NCBI RefSeq assembly: GCF_006345805.1
Contig: NC_043013.1
Span: 26,040,001-26,104,000 of the forward strand
Source of the DNA: Octopus sinensis
Lineage: Eukaryota
Direction of reading: 5' to 3'
DNA length: 64,000 nt
The translations under genes were made by a program, and so were the position numbers. The notes beneath the pieces are model-generated. The model had not been told where the DNA came from and made no database searches. It worked only from the letters and a program-made list of their open reading frames with translations. Of the stretch, positions 38,893 through 53,657 are shown piece by piece (position 1 is the stretch's first letter; every line of letters starts with the position of its first letter).

Positions 38893-40509
38893 TTATTAAC
38901 CATCAAAAGGCAATAAGCTGGCAGAATCCATAGCATACCAGGTGAAATGCTTAGTGGCATTTCGTCCTTCCTTAAATTCTGAGTTCAAATTCTATTGAAG
39001 TCAGCTTTGCCTTTCATCCTTTCAGGGTCGATAAAATAAGTACCAGCTGAGTACTGAGGTCAGTGTAATTGACTTACTCCATCTCCCATGAAATTTCTGG
39101 CCTTGTGCCAAAATTTGAAATCATTATTATTTATCATTAAGCTGGTGGCGATTATATTTTTATTCTCCGGTGGAGTCCTTAGATTGTCAGACAGAGTGCC
39201 TTGCAGTATTAAGTTATGATCTTTTATGTTCTGAGTTCAAATCCAGTTAAGGTTGGTTTTGCCTTTCATCCTTCCAGTGTTGTTCAAATAAGTTTCTAAT
39301 CAAGAATTGGGTGCGGGGATGGGGGAGGTCTATATAATCAACTGCTCTCGCTCCACAATTTCTGCTCTTCTGCTTATGTAACAAATTTACTGTTATTACA
39401 ATCCACGAATTTGCAGAATTGGTAGAACAAAACAAAAAACACATCTTTTGAAATATACAGTTTATGTTGTGTGTTCAAATCTTGCCAGGGACAACTTTGT
39501 AATTCATACTTCTGGGGCTAGTAATGTTAAGTACTAATCAGATTCTGGTGCCAGCCTAATTAACTACACCCCACCATCACCACCTCCACCACCACTCACA
39601 CCTTAAAACGTATGTCTTTCTGCTTATGTCTAGAATCATCATTCTTATTGAGGCTGCCAGTCTGCAGAATGGTTAGCATTTTGCCCAACATGCTTTGTAG
39701 CATTTTGTCTGTCTTTACGTTCTGAGTTCAAATTCTGCTGCGGTTGACTTTGCCTTTCATCCTTTTGGGTGGGAGTCGATGCTGAGCACTGGGGTAGATA
39801 TAACTGACTAGCCCTCACCCTGAAACTTCAGGCCTTGTGCCTATAGTACTCATCACCATCATTATCCTCCTCCTCCTCCTCCTCATCATCATCATCAGAG
39901 AGGTGAATTATTACCAAGGGTGATGGAGTGGCAGAAGTGTTAAGAGTATCAAACAAAATATTTTGCTGTATTCAGCTATGGCTCTTTGTGTTATGAGTTC
40001 AATTCTCATACCTTTCACCTCTACAAGGTTGATAAAATAAAGTACCAGTGATGTACTGGGGCTGAGATAATTGACTACCCCCAGTCTCCCTCAAAATATC
40101 AGTGTAGGATGGTAGAACTTATAGCATTAAAGAACGCTTTGCAACATTTAATTAATGTCTCATATTCTATGTTCAAATCCCACATGGCCTAACTTTTTTT
40201 TCTGCTGGGGCTTGATAAAGAAAGTGGTAATTATGTACTGGAGTTTGATTCAGTTGACCCCAACCCCTAAATTTGTGGCCCTCTGCTCCTATTAGAAAAC
40301 CTTATTCTCAATAGATGCTGCCAGACTGAAATGTTTTGCAATGTTTGGTCAATATGTTTATTATTTATTTCTTTTTCACTTTCTCATTTGAAATCCTGTC
40401 TGAGAGGTTAGGGTTTTCGCTTTCATGCCCCTCTCCACTGTTGGTAACAGGTGCTTGTAAGGTGCTGAATCAATTTAGAAGACTTAGTTTTAAATAGAAA
40501 TTTATTCCT

Positions 40510-40969
40510 AAATGAAATCAAAATCAAAATCGCTGACGTGGCTGATGACAGTACTGCCTGATTGGCACTTGTGCCAGTGAAACGTTAAAAGCACCATCTG
40601 AGCGAGACTGTAGCCAGAGATGCTAACTGGCTCCCATGATGGTGGCACGTAAAAAGCACCATTTGAGCGTGATCATTGCCAGCATCACCATACTGGCACA
40701 TGTGCCGGTGGCATGTGAAAAACAACATCCAAGTGTGGTTGTTGCCAGTGCTGCCAGACTGGCACCCATGCAGGTGGCATGTAAACAACACCTTTTGAGC
40801 ATGGTCATTGCCAGTACTGCCTGACTGGGCCTCGTGTCAGTGGCACATAAAAGCACCCACTACACTCTCGGAGTGGCTGGCGTTAGGTAGGGCATCCAGC
40901 TGTAGAAATATTGCCATCCAACCCATGCCAGCATAGAAAGCAAACGTTAAACGACGATGATGATGATGA
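40510..40969 (+). mobile_element. RTE 3' UTR fragment with an array of about five 55-60-bp modules and a (GAT)n tail
   Basis: Repeated gtgccRgtggcacRtaaaaagcacc modules, then the shared tail ggcgttagg...ccaacccatgccagcat. Confidence 0.75.
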
Positions 40970-42605
40970 GGAACAAATGTGATGATTGTAAGAACATCCA
41001 ACAAGAGAAAAGAATGACAAAAATGCAATTTTCAAGTGATCCCAGACAAGTGAAATTGTCTGGGATGGCAGTTATTACAAATAAAAACTGAATGTCCATT
41101 CAATTCCAGAATCAGGGACTGGCCCTGTCCATTCGATGCCAGCATCTTGGAAAAAATGGAAAAGCAGGCATAGAAATCATTGTTGTTGAAGTTGTTGCTG
41201 TTGTTGGCAATATGCTTCACATCATTTCTTCTGGCTTTACATTCCAAGTTCAAATTCCACAAAGGTCAACTTTGCCATTTGTTGTTTTGTGGTTGGGGGT
41301 GGAGGCAATAAAATGAATACTTGTTAAGCACTGGGCTTCTCCCCGTCCCCAACTCCTCCCTTCCATTCAAAATTGCTGGCCTTGTGCCAAAAACGAAAAA
41401 GCTTTATTGCTATTATGAGATTTTCTTCTTTTGTTTTTGTTCCCATTTTTTGCCAAGTATATTATTATTATTATTATTATTGTTATTATTATTATTATCA
41501 TCATTATTATTAATATTATTATTATTATTATTATCATTATCATCTTCATCATTATTATTATTGTTGTTATCATTATTATTATTATTAATATTATTATTAT
41601 TATTGTTATATAAGGCCAAAATGCAGTGAGCTGGCAGAATTGTGAGCATGCTAGACAAAATGTTTATTGGTATTTTGTTTGTCTCTAAATTCTGAGTTCA
41701 AATTTGACTGAGGTTGGTTTTACCTTTCATCCTTGACGGTCAATAAAATGAGTACCAGTTATGCACTAGGGATTGGTGTAATCCACCAGCCCCACTGTCC
41801 CTTAAATTCTGGACCTTGTGCTTATAGTAGAAAGGATTATTATAGACGACCAGAGGAAATATTAATTTGCTTGGAAAAAGAGAAGGGTTGGTGACTGAGA
41901 GAGCATCAAAATGTAGTAAATCTGCCTCAACAAATTAAATCTGACCCATGTCAGCATGGAAAAGTAGACATTCAATAATGACAAAGGCCTTGAAGGTGGT
42001 AGAATTGGTAGAGTGTTGGGCGAAATATTTTGCAAGCATTTGTTCCAGTACTGGGTTCAAATTACAGCATGGTCAACCTTGTATTTCATCTTTCTAGGGT
42101 TGATGACATAAAGTACCAGTGATTTACTGAAGTTGATATGATCCACTGACTCTGCTCCATCTAGATAATTGGTTTTATGTCTGTGGTAGAAATCATGATT
42201 GTAACCATTATGTAAGGATGTCGATTGACATAAACAGTTGAAGATACTTGTAGTATTTTGTTATGGTTCTTTATGTTCTAGGTTGAAATCCTGTTCAGGT
42301 CAACTTTGCTTTTCATCCCTCTGAAGTCAATAAAAGAGGCTCCCTCACTGTTTCCAAATACTTCTTTGCTCATCAATGATGGTTAGACTATATTTCATTG
42401 TTGAGATCTAAATAACACTGAAACATGTTCAAAGTTTCCCATAAGGACACAGGAAATGTGTCAGGTCCAACAGGAAACGATGTTTCCTAGGGCTAAATAA
42501 CAGTAGCATTCTTCCCTTTCATGGGACTGTCACATTAAGTTGACAACATGCCATCATTTTATTGTGCTGCTACTGCATAAATCTCTCTGAGAGATTTAGA
42601 AATGT

Positions 42606-42985
42606 GGAAGCACTCTGTCGGTTACGACGACGAGGGTTCCGGTTGATCCGATCAACGGAACACCCTGCTCGTGAAATTAACGTGTAAATGGCTGAGCATT
42701 CCACAGACAAGTGTACCTTTAACGTAGTTCTCGGGGATATTCAGCGTGACACAGAGAGTAACAAGGCTGGCCCTTTGAAATACAGGTACAACAGAAATAG
42801 GAAGTAAGAGTGAGAGAAAGTTGTGGTGAAAGAGTACAGCAGGGATCACCACCATCCCTGCCGGAGCCTCATGGAGCTTTAGGTGTTTTCGCTCAATAAA
42901 CACTCACAACGCCCGGACTGGGAATCGAAACTGTGATCCTACGACCGCGAGTCCGCTGCCCTAACCACTGGGCCATTGTGCCTCC
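42606..42985 (-). mobile_element. full-length tRNA-derived SINE with 12-bp TSD
   Basis: Minus-strand head TGGCCCAGTGGTTAGG...GTTTCGATTCCC. TSD ATTTAGAAATGT at 42594-42605 and 42986-42997. CpGs are retained. Confidence 0.92.
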
Positions 42986-45038
42986 ATTTAGAAATGTATT
43001 ATTTCTATGTCCAAAGTTATCCCAACTGTACAAAGAAAGACCAGACTCACTCCTTAATTAACATTTTAGAGTTATCTCCCCCTACATTTTTATTTTAAGA
43101 GAAACGAATGTGTGTGTGTGTGTGTGTGTGTGCATTTATAAAGATTTCACTAAGACTAATAACTTGGTGGTAGTACTCAACATACATTTGCTTCAGAATA
43201 AAATTCTAGCCAAGTACAGAGCATGGTATAAAATTCAATAAATGACTGTGGAACAAGAAATTAGGCAATGAACTTCATTAGCTTACAGTTCTGCCAAAAG
43301 ATGTAATGCGCTCAGAGCTGGGTGTTTGTGCATCACCTTATAACTTCCTCAGTTCTTCTAAAATGAAATGTAAAGTTTATTCAGTAAAGCATTTATATAC
43401 ATATTCTGTCTATCTTCTATGTATGCGTATGAAAAGATATTTATTTAAGGGTTCATCATGTGTTTTAGTTTATAGGCGCAGGAGTGGCTGTGTGGTAAGT
43501 AGCTTGCTTACCAACCACATAGTTCCAGGTTCAGTCCCACTGCGTGGCACCTTGGGCAAGTGTCTTCTACGATAGCCTCGGGCTGACCAAAGCCTTGTGA
43601 GTGGATTAGGTAGACAGAAACTGAAAGAAGCCTTACACCAGATGCAACATTCAGATCTTCTTTGCTGGTTTCTATATTAGCTAATATTATTTTATTCTGA
43701 AAACGAGGGGCAATAGCTATGTATTGATTGTGAGCATGATGCATAGAGTTACATATGTATTTTCATATGTATAATGACTCACTGTGTACTGATGCTGTCA
43801 TGACCCCATTCCAAGATGTTATTATCATAAATATTCTCGCTGTCAGTATCATCATTGTCATCACCATTGATATAATATTTATCTCATTGTTTATATGTTC
43901 CGGCCACCTCTGTCCTTAAGGCAAGACTTATACCTCAGATTTCAGATAGCAAAATCTCAGAAAAATAGCTACGGATATGCTTCTGGACATTATTAGCCTG
44001 TGCAAAATGTGGATATTATCCTTGTGTAGTTTAACATTGTTGTACAATCAACCATTTTCAGCGTTTTTTGCATTTTTCTCAAAATGTCGTTTCAGATTAT
44101 GAGTAGCAATCTTTAGGTCACAATATCTCCAAGAATATTTGATGTAATAGGCTGAAATTTTGCATGTGTATTACTTTGATAGATGCCTAGAGGTCGTCTA
44201 GTGTGATTAGATACACTTTATTTGTTCATCTTCCAGAGACACTTGAATACTACTACCCAGGCGTCAAAAATGCTTCAACTGCTGCATATGGCTATGAGCC
44301 ACCCCACAACGAAATCTAGGCTAACTTCATCAATGTCTTTGATCCAGCATCTAGTCTGTTACCCCAATAGGACTAACATTGTTCTTGATGTATGCCATAT
44401 TTGGTTTGCTTAGGTTTTATTTCCGCTGAATGAGAGCATCTTCGATTTAGGGGTGTTTTCCTATGTCTAAGATGTTAGTCTTGCTTCAAGGCAAATATTT
44501 CTTGATGAGATATCATTAAATGTTCCAGTTTGTGTGTGAGTGTTTGTACAGACATACCACAAGTGAATAAATGCACATTAGCGTCTGCATTACAAGAAAA
44601 AAGTACTCATTACAAGCTGAAAACTGAAACTCAGAAATTACATTCATAAATTTTCAGTGGCTTTTATTAAATTTATGTACATACAAAGCAAGATGTATAA
44701 ATCTACTGAATTTTTGTGTTTTTACAGCATGAAACTATTGGTAGCTCACATTTAAATACTGTTTATATTAAATGACATTTATCTTTCACTGGATGGCCTG
44801 TACTTTTTTTGGTCATCCTACAAATAACAGAACAGAACTACACACACACACACGCACGCACAAACAAACACATATGCATGTGTGTATATATGTATATATG
44901 TATATATATATGTGTGTGTGTAAATGCTTGTTTTTATGTTAAGTTATCTAAAAAAATATTTACATTAAACTGAGGGATTACTCAAAACAGTTTAACATGA
45001 AAAGTGTTGACAATGACTTCTATCTATCTATTTATCTA

Positions 45039-45066
<28 letters not shown>

Positions 45067-45084
<18 letters not shown>

Positions 45085-45150
45085 TATATATATATATATA
45101 TATATACTATATATATATATAATATATATATATATAATATATTATATATA

Positions 45151-45181
<31 letters not shown>

Positions 45182-45182
45182 G

Positions 45183-45214
<32 letters not shown>

Positions 45215-45316
45215 AATATATATATAAATATATATATTATATAATATATATAAATATATATATATAAATATATATATAAATATATATATAAATATAATAT
45301 ATATATATTATAATAT

Positions 45317-45350
<34 letters not shown>
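45067..45350. repeat. long interrupted (TA)n tract
   Basis: Direct reading. Confidence 0.9.
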
Positions 45351-45688
45351 CACATCTAATATAGGATAAAAATTTTTTCAAAAAATTTTATCAATGGCCA
45401 GCATATTAAAAAATACATTTAAAGGATAAATTTATGTTTAAATTAGTGTTTGCTTCTTCTATGGGTGTAAATGAGTATTTCATTTATTTCTTTGCCGCAG
45501 TTATCACTGACGAAGAGAAGGTTCTTATGAATTAACTCTGAAATTGGGTCCGATATGGTAATAACGGAATTTTTAGAAATTTCTGTCGGCTTTCTTCGAG
45601 ATGCATGCTTATAGTGATGAATTATATGGTTATGGACGTTGTGTCTAGTTTCGGCATATTTGGCATTAGAAATTTTTTCTTTTGCCCT

Positions 45689-45773
<85 letters not shown>

Positions 45774-45913
45774 TAGATATATAGATATATACACACATAC
45801 ATACATATATATAAATACTATATTTATGTCTTTATATATGTGTGTGTGTGTGTCTGTGCGCATGTATGTGTATGTATGTATATGTGTATGTATGTATATA
45901 TATATATATATAT

Positions 45914-45969
<56 letters not shown>

Positions 45970-45987
45970 AATATATATATATATTAT

Positions 45988-46023
<36 letters not shown>

Positions 46024-46075
46024 CATGCACATATATATATACACATGTACATACATACATACACATATATATGTA

Positions 46076-46131
<56 letters not shown>

Positions 46132-46859
46132 CACATAACTATTTTAATGTTTGTGTTCAAAGGGATAACAGACAAACATTAAAAATAATTCTACAATTCC
46201 GTATATAGTGTATGCATATCTATATACATATACATAACAATATGCAATCACAGAAAGAAGTAATATATTTTTGTGCTTTTGTCAATAAAACTGGTCTTTA
46301 ATTAAATTAACTCTGTCATCTTGTTAATGCGTCTAAGTTCACCTTTAGTAAAAATGAGCCTGTGAATACTTTTTTTTTTTTACGAATACTGATCAGGAGT
46401 AAATATTATAAAACTACGATTTCAAAATTAAATCTTGAGGTTTTGGACACCCATTTTGAATATTACAGATTTTGGTCTTTTTAAGATAAATGTGAGGTGC
46501 TTAAGCGTGCATTAGTATACAGAGTTGTACTTGAATGTTTATGAGGGACTATCTTATGCATAGAATTATGTCAAAAGTGGCTGAATACTGGTCAAGTAGA
46601 GTTAGAGTGACATTGCATTCACAAGACTTAGCTCTGCCCTTTTGAATAATGAGTATATTCCATTTAATGGGCTTCCAAATAGTTCCTGTCAGTCTGATTT
46701 TACTCGTCAGGTTTCTGTTAAGTTTGAGATTTTGAAAGAAGACATTTCTTGGCAGAAGCATTGCACTCTAAGATTGGATCTAGGACTTTTGCTAGGGGAA
46801 ACTTTTTAACCATTCTCTCATACACATGATACCTGCATACATATGTATATATATATATA

Positions 46860-47027
46860 TATAGAGAGAGAGAGATAGATAGACAGATAGATACATACAT
46901 ATATATTAATAATAATAATAAAATGACAACAGAATGAATGAGACCTCGATATCATGTAAATAGAGGAATTTGTTTATGAATATATAATATGGGACAATCA
47001 ATTAGTTGACAATTGATTGTGCTATAT

Positions 47028-47059
<32 letters not shown>

Positions 47060-47225
47060 TAGATAGACAGATAGATACATACATATATATTAATAATAAT
47101 AATAAAATGACAACAGAATGAATGAGACCTCGATATCATGTAAATAGAGGAATTTGTTTATGAATATATAATATGGGACAATCAATTAGTTGACAATTGA
47201 TTGTGCTATATTATATATATATATA
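46860..47225. repeat. exact tandem duplication, 184-bp period
   Basis: aaatgacaacagaatg... occurs at 46921 and 47105. The units are bounded by (TA)n. Confidence 0.92.
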
Positions 47226-48097
47226 TACACACACACACATATACATATATATATATATAAATATGTAAATATATACATAAATGTGTTTGTGTGTGTGGTT
47301 CAAAGTAAGGTTAGAAATTGTTTTGTGTTTTGTTTTATCAACATTTTTTCTATAGATTTTTCTCTAACAAAAAATATCATCATCCTCATCATTGTTAAAA
47401 CAATGATGATATCAGTGATAAAATTTTTTTTTAAAGAAAAAAAGTGTGGTGGGGAGATAGAGAAGCCCTAAAAAGCAAATTCCTTTTTCTCAAAAACGTG
47501 AATCTTACCACCAATAGCCAAGAAAGAAGACATTGCACATTGATTCTGATTGAAAAACCCTAAATTTGGAGTCCCTTTTGTTCTACAACCGTCCCTCTTT
47601 TACTACTAAACTGGGAACAATCTCATTTCAATCAAAGAATTCTCCCAATCTGGTGATTTTAATATCTTATCCTTCCAGATTTTCTTCCAATGCTCAGATG
47701 ATTTTAGAAGATTTTTTTATCCTTCAAAATTTTACAATCAGAAATCAACAGTTCTGCTATTTTATTCAGTGTGTCTAACTCTGTATTATTATTATTTTTT
47801 TTTTTTTTTTTAGATTTCCTGTTATTTGACACGTAAATTTTTAGCAATGTGTGTAATATAAACAAGGTTGTCCAGTTTTGCATGCGTGTGTGTGTGCATG
47901 AGTGTGTATATGCATGTGTGTATATATTTTTTTCACACACACAAACACGTACCTATATAAAATACTTATATATACATGTTTGTTTATGTGTGTGTATATA
48001 TATATTCTCATACACACATATGTATATAGTGACATACATGCATACGTATATATATATTCTCATACACACATATATATATAGATACATACATGCATAC

Positions 48098-48131
<34 letters not shown>

Positions 48132-48514
48132 TCATACACACATATGTATGTGTATGTGTGTGAATGTGTGTCATCTTTTCTTTGTTTTCTCTTCTTTCTT
48201 CTACATCTTTTAATATTTGATATTTCATTGTTTTCATAAAATTTCAAATATTCTAACTTTAACCAAAAGAACAGAAGCAATTGGTAGAAAGAGTAAAGTG
48301 CCATTTCCACAACCGATGTATTACCAATAATAATAATAATAATAACAATAATAATGATGATAATGATGATGATGATGATGATGATGAAATATTTGGTAAC
48401 TAATTCCTTCAATTATAAATAACTCTTCACTTTGAATAATGGCCGTTTGCCTAATTAAAGATATCAATATTTGTAATTAGAGGTAATAGAGTGCTGAACC
48501 ATTTTACCTTATGG

Positions 48515-48830
48515 CGGTGGTTCTGATTCTTTTTGGCACTATGGACCTGTTTCACGCAAGAAAATTTTTCCATGGACCTGGGGATTACACACATAACAAA
48601 ACAAAGAAGCACATAATATAGGATTTAATTATTACACATATAATATATATTGTATATATTATGCATATAATGATAAATTGCATATACAGTACATGTATAA
48701 TGCAAAAACAGTCTGCGAGAGTCAATAAAAGAGAAATGAAATTTTTAGGAATTTATTCTTTCTGTTTGGCCCGGTAATGAATGATCCGCAACCAGGTATT
48801 GATTCTCAGCCTGGTGGGCAGGGTTGCCTG
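48515..48830. mobile_element. probable hAT MITE
   Basis: Degenerate ends cggtggttct / ggttgcctg. Flanks ccttatgg/tgttatgg match 6 of 8. Confidence 0.45.
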
Positions 48831-49726
48831 TGTTATGGTGTTTAGTGTTGTCCTTTTATATTTATGAACTTGAATCCCACATTGGCTAACTATGCCTTTC
48901 ATCCCTCCAGAATCAATCAAAATGTGTACCAGTGATACGCTAGGCTCAGTTCATTTCACTGTATCCACTCTTATACCCAACAAAGAATATTGGATTTATG
49001 CTTCAATAAAGCTTCAATAAAAGAGCCAATAATGGGACAGGCAGAAAATTAATAGAAATAATAGATTCTTGGATTTAAAAATTTGAAATGTTTGTCTTCT
49101 TACTCTTTTACATTCTGAGTTCAAATCCTGCCTTGACTTAACTTTGCCTTTTAAATCTCTGGAGTTAATAATATAAATACCAGTAGCAATCAGATATTAG
49201 TGCAACTGATGCTTCTACTCTTCAGTACCAATAAAAATTGGGTTTTGTATCTAGTCAATAGAAATCAATGTAAATTATTAGCAACAAAAAAATGCTTCAC
49301 GAACCAGCTTTTTGCAGGTTAAACTGACGTCAAATTTTGTATTCTCTGTAAGTTCCTCTGCTGTTTCCAGCATTTTAAATAAATATTTTAACCTCACAAG
49401 GAACCCCTCTTAAAAGAAACTACACATATTAGGTTTAAATTATTTTTATCAAAAATTAGTTATAACGAGTTTGAATTTGAGTAAATAACAATTATTTACA
49501 AAAGTCTGTTTCATGATATTCTAATTTGGAAATATGTAACGAATTAATAACTGTTTGCTAAATAAAGAGGTTTTTTGCTGAATTTCATTTATTCAAGCCA
49601 TTAACAAGAACTCAGGAATCAATTTTCACCAATTTCCCCAAGTTTTATTTTCGTTCCTACTTTCTTCCTTCATGACTCTTTTTTCGGCATTGACAAGTCT
49701 ATTATCGTTGTTATTTATTGTTGTTA

Positions 49727-49764
<38 letters not shown>

Positions 49765-51479
49765 CTGAAGCTCAATTTTGTTTTGGTAACTCACTAGATG
49801 CAATGACCTAATGTATAGCTGATATGTTGATACAAAAATATCTTGAACATGCTTTTTATTGTGACTATTTTTCTGACATGGGTTATAATGGTTGTGAAAC
49901 TTCCCTTGACATTTTTTTTAACAAACTGAGAATCCATTAGATGAAGGTTCTGAGCATTTAAACCAATAATTTTGATATTATTTAGTGAATGCCTTCTTCA
50001 CTAACAATCAAAGGCTTTCTTACATTGTATAGTGATAATTCTGACAAATGTCAGGTTATGCCGTAATTGGATTTAAAAATTTATAACACAAATATTTCTC
50101 TTTATCTTCCTACCAAAAAAAGAGAGAAAGATTCCAAAACTTGGTATCTTTCCGAATAGTCTTTAAATTTTAGAATCCAGACTAGAACATAGTCAAGGAG
50201 CCAAGGATACATCTTGCTTATCAAAAAATATGTTTCTCATACTGATATTAATATTTTTGATGTTATCATTAATTTTATTATTAGTAATAACATTGTTTTA
50301 TCATATAAGTAATATTCTTGTAGCTCCTTTTATGCTTCCTTTAAGTCTGGGTTCAAAATAAAAGTACTATCTTTTTCAGAATTTCAAGCATTCTTATGAA
50401 AAACAATGCAGGAACAAAGATGCAGAAATTATCACTGCGCAATGCCAAAAATTTTGAATGAAATTAAATAAACATTTTTAAAAAATAAAAATATACTCCT
50501 GAAAAGGTTAAAAAAAAATAAAAACAGACATTAAAAAATAGTTATCTGAGGCTTGTATATTTTAGCATCAATCCTGTACAAAGATGGAGACATTTTGCAG
50601 TCTTACTCAATGCTTTGTATATAGATGTTGTGATTGTCAATCTAAATTGTCACTTATGCCTATGACATAAGGTGGTTCACTGATTCAGTTCTTGTTATGC
50701 TGATACAGTACAGATTATCTGGGAGGATTTGAGGAAAAATTCACCAGAATGTTATGTCTTTGTAATTATATTTCCAGGCAGCTAATTAAAGTTTTTCTCT
50801 CTTACATTCACTGTTTCCTTTTCTCTTTTTCTCTCTCTTTCTCAATATATTATCATCATTTCATCTTCATCATTTATTGTACATGTTTAGTGACTTTAAA
50901 GTTTTGGCCTGTTAGCCTCCAACAGACTGTCTTGATATTAATTTCCCTGGTTATGCTCACTCATGACCCAATTTAACATGTAATATGTGTGGGCGGTGTC
51001 TGTCTGAGTAGGCAAGCCTTAGAAGTCATCAGAGAAACCACACTCAGAGGGAAATTTATAACTATGCATTATATGGCATCTCTTACTTGCAGGGAGTGTG
51101 GAAAAGACTGTGCATCAGCAGGCAGGCTGAAATAGTAGGCTAAAACTTCAAAGTCACTGTCACCTATCTCTTTGTTAAAGTTTAATAAATGCGTGTGTGT
51201 GTGTGTGCATGTCTACATGCTTGCATGTATCTGTACATATAGACAACTCCTTTGCTGTATTGGTAGCTTACAAAGATATTGCTTTGCCAGTCATTAGGCA
51301 TGTATATACTTACAAATGTACAGAAGTACAGATGTATATATACCCAATGACATTGTAAGCTACTGAAAAGGTCAAAGGTGATGTTTTAGACAAATTACTG
51401 CTTCAGGTCAGGAATGTAATACTGAGAGTCATAGAAAAGTTGATCTATGATGAAGTAAACCAAGATGATAAACAGTTTA

Positions 51480-52140
51480 GCTTTGTGTTTGGCAGATGTA
51501 CTATGGATGCCATCTTCCAAGTGAGGTAACTGTGCAAGAAATACTTGATTAAAAGAAAGCCGTTGTTCATGGCATTCGTTGACTTGGAGAAGCCTTTTGA
51601 CAATGTATCATGTTCAATAATTTGATGGTCACTTAAGAAACTAGGTGTAAACAAATGGCTTGTGAGGGTTGTACTAACAATGTACATAAATGCAGTAAAG
51701 TGATTCTCCTAAATGCCTAGATGACTCACTAGAAGCAATTAATAGTTTTTGTTCCCAAAAAGATGAAAGTAACAAGAGAGGTAGTTGCTCTGAAATTGTA
51801 GCTACCAGAGAACCAATGGGCAGGAAAAGGTTGAAGGAGCTTCAACTGCTGGCAACAAAGGGTTTTTTTTTATTTTCCCTCAGATTTTATGATGCTTGTG
51901 TTAGAACTGTAATGCTGCATGGTAGTGAGACAATGGCCTTGAATGCAGAGGACTTGAGAAGACTGAGAAATGAAGGTAGCATAGTTCATTAGATGAGAAA
52001 TGTAAATGTGCATGAACAACAAAATTAAAATGTTGAGAGAAGAACTAGGTATAAGAGGTACAAGCAAGAATATTTTTCTGACGAGGATGGATGTGTGATG
52101 TGTTTGGTGGAGGACAGTTGTATAAAGAAGTACACAATTG
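51480..52140 (+). mobile_element. old RTE LINE reverse transcriptase fragments
   Basis: DAIFQVR*LCKKY...FMAFVDLEKPFDNV and ACVRTVMLHGSET remnants with stops. Confidence 0.8.
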
Positions 52141-52209
52141 AAACAGCATTAGATTAAAATAACCATTTAAGTATTACACTTGATATACACTCACCTGAAG
52201 GTAAGATAT

Positions 52210-52580
52210 GCTCTTTGTATAAAGGAGGAAACAGAGTAGATGCTAAAAATTACAGGTCTTTCCCCATGACCTCGTGCGTTAACAAAAGTCTTGAAATGTA
52301 TTGTTAGGAGGAATCTGGTGATGGTTCCAGGAGAAAATAGTTTGCTCACAAACATGCAATGTGGCTTCCATCTAGGAAGTAGCTGCCTTATACAGCTTCT
52401 ACAAAATTTTGACTGGGTACTAAAACAAGAGCTGAGCCACTCAAATGTGAATGTGATATATTCTGACTTTGCCAAGTCCTTTCATAAAGTTGATCATGGA
52501 ATGATATGTCACAAACTGTGTGATATTGGTGTAGTTGGAAAACTAGGGAAGTGACTGGACAATTGTTTAAAAGGTAAGCG
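52210..52580 (+). mobile_element. CR1/L2/jockey-type LINE reverse transcriptase fragment
   Basis: KGGNRVDAKNYR, then QCGFHLGSSCLIQLL...VIYSDFAKSFHKVDHGMICHKL. Confidence 0.8.
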
Positions 52581-53356
52581 TTAGACAGTAGCAGTTAACA
52601 GAATGATACTAAAGTACTTCAAGCAGTCAAGATTCCTGATCATAACTCAAAACTAGAGGAAAACCTGAATGCAATATACAGGTAGGCTGATGAAAATAAC
52701 ATGCAGTTCATCATCGTCATTGTCGCCATTGTTTAACGTCCGCTTTCCATGCCAGCATAGGTTGGACAGTTTGACTGAGGGCTGGCTAGCCAGAAGGCTG
52801 TGCCAGGCTCCAATCTGATCTGGCAAGATTTCTACAGCTGGATGCCCTTCCTAATGCCAACCACTCCGAGAGCATAGTGGGTGCTTTTTATGTACCATCA
52901 GCATGGAAGCCAGTCAGGTGGTACTGGCATCGACCACAACTACAATTTTGATTTCACTTGATTCAACAGGTCTTCTCAAGAACACCATATCACCCGACAA
53001 TTCAAGCTTACTTTTAAATGGGTTGGTTATGTGGCACTGGTATTGGCTTAGTTGCAATCTCACTTTACTTGCTGGGTCTTCTCAATCACAGCATATCTCC
53101 AAAGGTCTCGCTCTCTTGTGAGGCCCAACTTTCAATGGTTGTACTTCACAACTTCACCCATGTCTACCTCTTCCATCAAGTACCTTACTATTGGCTCACA
53201 AACAGATTGCATTCACAATACACCAGATTGGAGGTTATTGTAACCCCAAACATCCAGACACACTGTTTATGCAGCACCTGAAAATCTATATGAGTAATGA
53301 TGCATCAGCAACAATGTGCAGGTGATTGGCTGGTTGGATTCTGTGATCTTTTAGAG

Positions 53357-53657
53357 CAGAGATTCTCAAATTTTTGGGGCCACCCTTAGTGCCCCTACCC
53401 CTCTTTTCATGTATAAATAAATATTTTATATTTTTCTAATTTATATATATATTCTGAATCTTTTGATATTTAATACAATATTATATAATTTGTATACAAT
53501 ACTGTCATAATATTATAATAAATTCATAGCATCCCCCAATCCACTGCCTTCTTCCCAATGTCTCCCTTATCTCAACCGCCCTCTTAGGCACCAGCGCCCA
53601 CATGACTGTCTCAGCGCTCACTGGGGGTGACGGTAGTGCCCACTTTGAGAACCTATG
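53357..53657. mobile_element. hAT (Charlie-like) MITE
   Basis: TIR CAGAGATTCTCAAA / TTTGAGAACCTATG. TSD ttttagag/ttttggag. Confidence 0.7.

Larger units (their letters stand above)
37270..42340 (+). mobile_element. cluster of about 13 short SINE copies (ggcagaat...ctgagttcaaat...gcctttcatcc family), all + strand
   Basis: The recurring B-box GAGTTCAAAT and the ctttgcctttcatcc motif occur near 37360, 37840, 38490, 38980, 39230, 39470, 39720, 39995, 40170, 41240, 41695, 42055 and 42280. (ATT)n lies between several copies. Confidence 0.8.

Noticed and set aside
40550-40860. CRISPR-like repeat-spacer array
   Set aside because: The context is eukaryotic, the units are degenerate tandem modules of a LINE 3' UTR without unique spacers, and there are no cas genes.
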